Below, one piece after another: positions 32,629 to 35,895 of a stretch of 35,895 nt of DNA; position 1 is the first letter of the stretch; every line of letters starts with the position of its first letter. The notes below the pieces were generated by a model. It worked only from the letters and a program-made list of their open reading frames with translations, had not been told where the DNA came from and did not search any database. The stretch covers positions 14,379,347 to 14,415,241 of the forward strand of contig NC_057752.1 of assembly GCF_004010195.1 (NCBI RefSeq). The letters run 5' to 3'. A program made the position numbers and the translations under genes. This stretch comes from Chiloscyllium plagiosum (lineage: Eukaryota).

Positions 32629-33574
32629 ACAAAAATGTACAACAAAGGAAATAAAGAATTGGAAAACTTAATGGAACAATAGATGGAGTAACAATGACAA
32701 ATTAACTGTTCCGATATAGTAACATCCCACAAACGCACCCTTGGCAATGGCAAATTCAGTAAACAGAATGTCTCGCATGTAACTCTAGCAACAGGAAGGC
32801 AGCTTTTGGCTGTCACCGAGAAAGGGGTAAGAATAGTGTCCACTACTTTGAGCAACTGCTGAAACTAAGTCCTGGTTCTGAGGGGGCTGTCCCCACCCAG
32901 CCAGGCTGCTTCTACTGTTCCAACTTGAAAAAAAATCCCAAGGCCTCACAAACTGTTTACTTTACTGGATCTGAATAGACAGCTCATCGCCTCTGTCTTA
33001 AAACCTCTCTTCAAAACAAAAACCTAGGACAAAATACACCTCTTAAAGCCGCAGTATCATCACAGGTTTCATGGTACATCTGGAAATAAGAGCAGCACCA
33101 TATCACGGGGAAATTACTTTGAACCAAAGGGTTAGTGGTCTTGACATTCTTGAAACATTTCTGGCGTTGCTCCTAGCCACATCATTTTAATGTTATTAAA
33201 GATCATTTGTGATTTCACAGAATAATGAGGAGTTGAATCCTCAAAGCATCAGAATATTATTTAATAAAAGCAGAGTTTGATTTATTTGGTCACTGTAATG
33301 CTGTGACCCTGGTTTTATCCCATTGGGGGTTGTGAACAGCTCACTTGCTAGGGAAGAGTGATGCCCACTCACCACATGAGATCTGCTTGACATTTTTAAG
33401 CTCTTCTATGTTTTTTCTTTGCAAACCACTTTGGAACAGTGTGCACTACAGGTCACCGCCTGGGTCACACGATTATTAACTTAGTGCTGTGCATGGATAA
33501 TTTCTGCTGTAAATCGGGAAGTCAACCCAAAAGTTGCAAGTTCAGTGACAGTCTGCATTGATGTAGCACCTCGA

Positions 33575-33850
33575 GCGTAGCAAAATGTCCAACGGAAGCA
33601 ACGTTTGTAAGGAGAAGTTAGGGCAAGTGACCGAAAGGTTGGTCCAAACGATAGATTTAAGGACAGTCGTAATAAAGGAGGGAGATGGCTACAGGGAGTT
33701 AGGATGGGAATTCCAGAGCTCAGGAACAAGACAGCTCAAGGCAAAACTGTTTGTATCAGGGAATGCCTCAAGAGGCCAGAATAAGGAGTGCCAAGATTCT
33801 GGGCAGATACAGGGCTGGAGGAGGCTCTAGAGATGGGGACGGTGAGGATC
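33575..33850 (-). mobile_element. Old L2-like LINE 3' fragment
   Basis: gggcaagtgaccgaaaggttggtc…gggaattccagagctcagg…cagctcaaggca resembles recalled L2 3' ends. Confidence 0.5.
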
Positions 33851-33852
33851 TA

Positions 33853-33975
33853 GAGTCATAAAATCCCTCCAATGTGGAAGCAGGCCACTTGGCCTCCTCC
33901 GAAGAACACCTGTCCCAGACCCATCCCCTAATTCTATCCCTGTGTTTTCCAGGCTAATCCACCTAGGTCCAAGTT
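33853..33975 (-). mobile_element. HE1/V-SINE tail fragment
   Basis: tccctccaatgtggaagcaggcc…cctccgaagaacacc…cccagacccatccc. Confidence 0.75.
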
Positions 33976-34044
33976 GCATCTGGAAGGTTGTGAAAGCTGC
34001 CCAGGTGAGAAATGGGGGCACTACACCTCAGGCATACCTTTGAA

Positions 34045-34365
34045 TTTGTTTTTAATGACACGAGGACGTTCCGAATAGGCCAGTATCTGTCACCTACCCC
34101 TGATTGCCCAGAGGGCAGTTAAGAGTCAACCACATTGGCTGTAGGTCTGGAGTCACATGTAGGCCCAGACCAGGTAAGGACGGCAGCTTTCCTTCCCTAA
34201 AGGGCATTAGTGACCCAGATGGGGTTTTCCCCAACAATCAATTCCTGAGACTGTCAATTCTACATTTTTATTGAATTCAAGTTCTACCATCTGCAATGGC
34301 AGGATTTGAACCCAGGCACAGAATATTCCCTGGGTCTCTGGATTAACAATCCTAATACTAGCCAG
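34045..34365 (-). mobile_element. tRNA-SINE (32292-type)
   Basis: Reverse-complement homologue of 32292-32628; B box ggatttgaaccc at about 34302. Confidence 0.85.
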
Positions 34366-35175
34366 TCTTTCCCTTTAATTTCTGTCAGACTCATACAGGA
34401 GGCCAAAGGGAGGCAGCTCCGAACGGGGGATGGGCTGGAAAGGTTGCAATGTTAGATGCTTGGGGTTATGCCTCTGGCCCTGTAACCCATTCAGTCATTC
34501 CTCATTTGGGCCTCCCCAGTGTAGAGGGGAGGCTGTGGTCTGCAACGACAACAACAACTTTGCCGCCCGTGTCAAGAAATGCCCCTTACAAAACGAACTG
34601 CGTGAGGAGACTTTAGAATGATACCGAGAACTTGCGGTGATCTGACAGGCACACAAACAGAAAGCTCTGGAGAAACTCGGCAGGTCTGTGCCAACGCCAA
34701 CGCCATCCTAAACATCCACATCCCACAACCAACTGAAGGGAAAAGATAAACTGATGCAAATTGAAGTTGAAAGGGAGGCAGTGAATAGTTAGTTAAAGTA
34801 AGCAGTTGCTGTGGCTCCCCTTTACTCAGTTAATCAGCTCAGAATGCTGGAGCTCCAGTGGGCCCTGAATCCCAGCTCTGGCTGACATTTTAATAAGCCT
34901 CTTTCTCTCTCTCTCGCTCACTTCAAATCAACTCATTTTTAGGGCAGCAGACAATATAAAGGCCTGAAAACTTCACAGTGAAAGGCAACTGATACAGCTC
35001 AGTTTCCTTTGTAGAGGCTGAGATGATCTGTTCTCCTGTCAACTACGTCTGCCCAGGGTCAGTCTGTCCCTACATTACTGTGCGGACTCCTGGCTAGGAC
35101 ATTGTAAAGACCACCCAGGCCCTGGGACTGAGGAAGGCACGAGCAATCGTTCGGATCTCTTTGCATTTAAGTGAA

Positions 35176-35895
35176 CATTGAACATAAAACAATACAGCGC
35201 TCGATGTTGCGCTGACCTGTGAGCTATTCTCAGCTCGTCCCCCTACACTATCCCATCATCATCCATGTGCTTATCTAAGGATTGTTTAAATCTCTGTGTA
35301 AAGAACCTGCCTCTGACATCTGTCTTAAATCTATCACCCTTCAATTTGTAGTTTTGCCCCCTCGTACAAGCTGACGTCATCATCCTAGGAAAAAGTCTTT
35401 CACTGTCTACCCTATCTAATCCTCTGATCATCTTGTATGTCTCTATCAAATCCCCTCTTAGCCTTCTTCTTTCCAATGAGAACAGACCCAAGTCTCTCAG
35501 CCTTTCCTCATAAGACCTTCCCTCCAGACCAGGCAACATTCTGGTAAATCTCCTCTGCACCTTTTCCAATGCTTCCACATCCTTCCCGAAATACGGCAAC
35601 CAAAACTGTACACAATATTCCAAGTGTGGCCGCACCAGCGTTTTGTATAGTTGCAGCATGATATTGTGGTTCCGGAACTCAATCCCTCTATCAATGAAAC
35701 CTAACACGCCGTATGCTTTCTTAACAGCACTATCCACCTGGGTGGCAACTTTCAGGGATCTATGTACATGGACTCCAAGATCCCTCTGCACATCCACACT
35801 ACTAAGAATCTTTCCATTGACCCAGTATTCTGCCTTCCTGTTATTCTTCCCAAAGTGCATCACCTCACATTTATCTGCATTGAACTCCATTTGCC
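35176..35895 (-). mobile_element. CR1 (HER1-like) LINE 3' part, extends beyond the window
   Basis: Open 215-aa frame MEFNADKCEVMHFG...LYKTLVRPHLEYCVQFW, closely related to 18945-19736, with an in-frame deletion at FTQR|FKQSLD. Confidence 0.95.

Noticed and set aside
34780..35000. Possible TATA-containing promoter (aatataaag near 34953)
   Set aside because: No downstream ORF or exon before the CR1, and the motif is too common to support a call.
35243..35890. Active LINE or host gene from the intact 215-aa frame
   Set aside because: It is CR1 ORF2 C-terminus with an internal deletion. The rest lies outside the window, so activity cannot be claimed.

Overview
Repeat-dense vertebrate genomic DNA, most likely from a shark or other elasmobranch. 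This is inferred from HE1/V-SINE-, DeuSINE- and HER1/CR1-type repeats and is not a database match. There are three N gaps (1651-1661, 1896-2395, 16448-16913). The only host protein-coding gene I can support is a single-exon Reprimo-family gene (3869-4174, +, 101 aa). Most of the remainder is retroelement debris: one near-full-length but disrupted CR1 LINE (15796-19736), many 5'-truncated CR1 and L2/CR1-group fragments, several tRNA-derived SINE families, and Penelope-like (GIY-YIG) remnants whose ends carry minimal hammerhead-ribozyme motifs. Structural oddities include two triple-nested insertion stacks, two TE-born minisatellites (36 bp and 53 bp units), three local tandem duplications, and two apparent templated copies of one local donor segment (25424-25852). 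I found no evidence of a new protein-based system. Repeat family names come from recalled consensus motifs, and most repeat boundaries are approximate.
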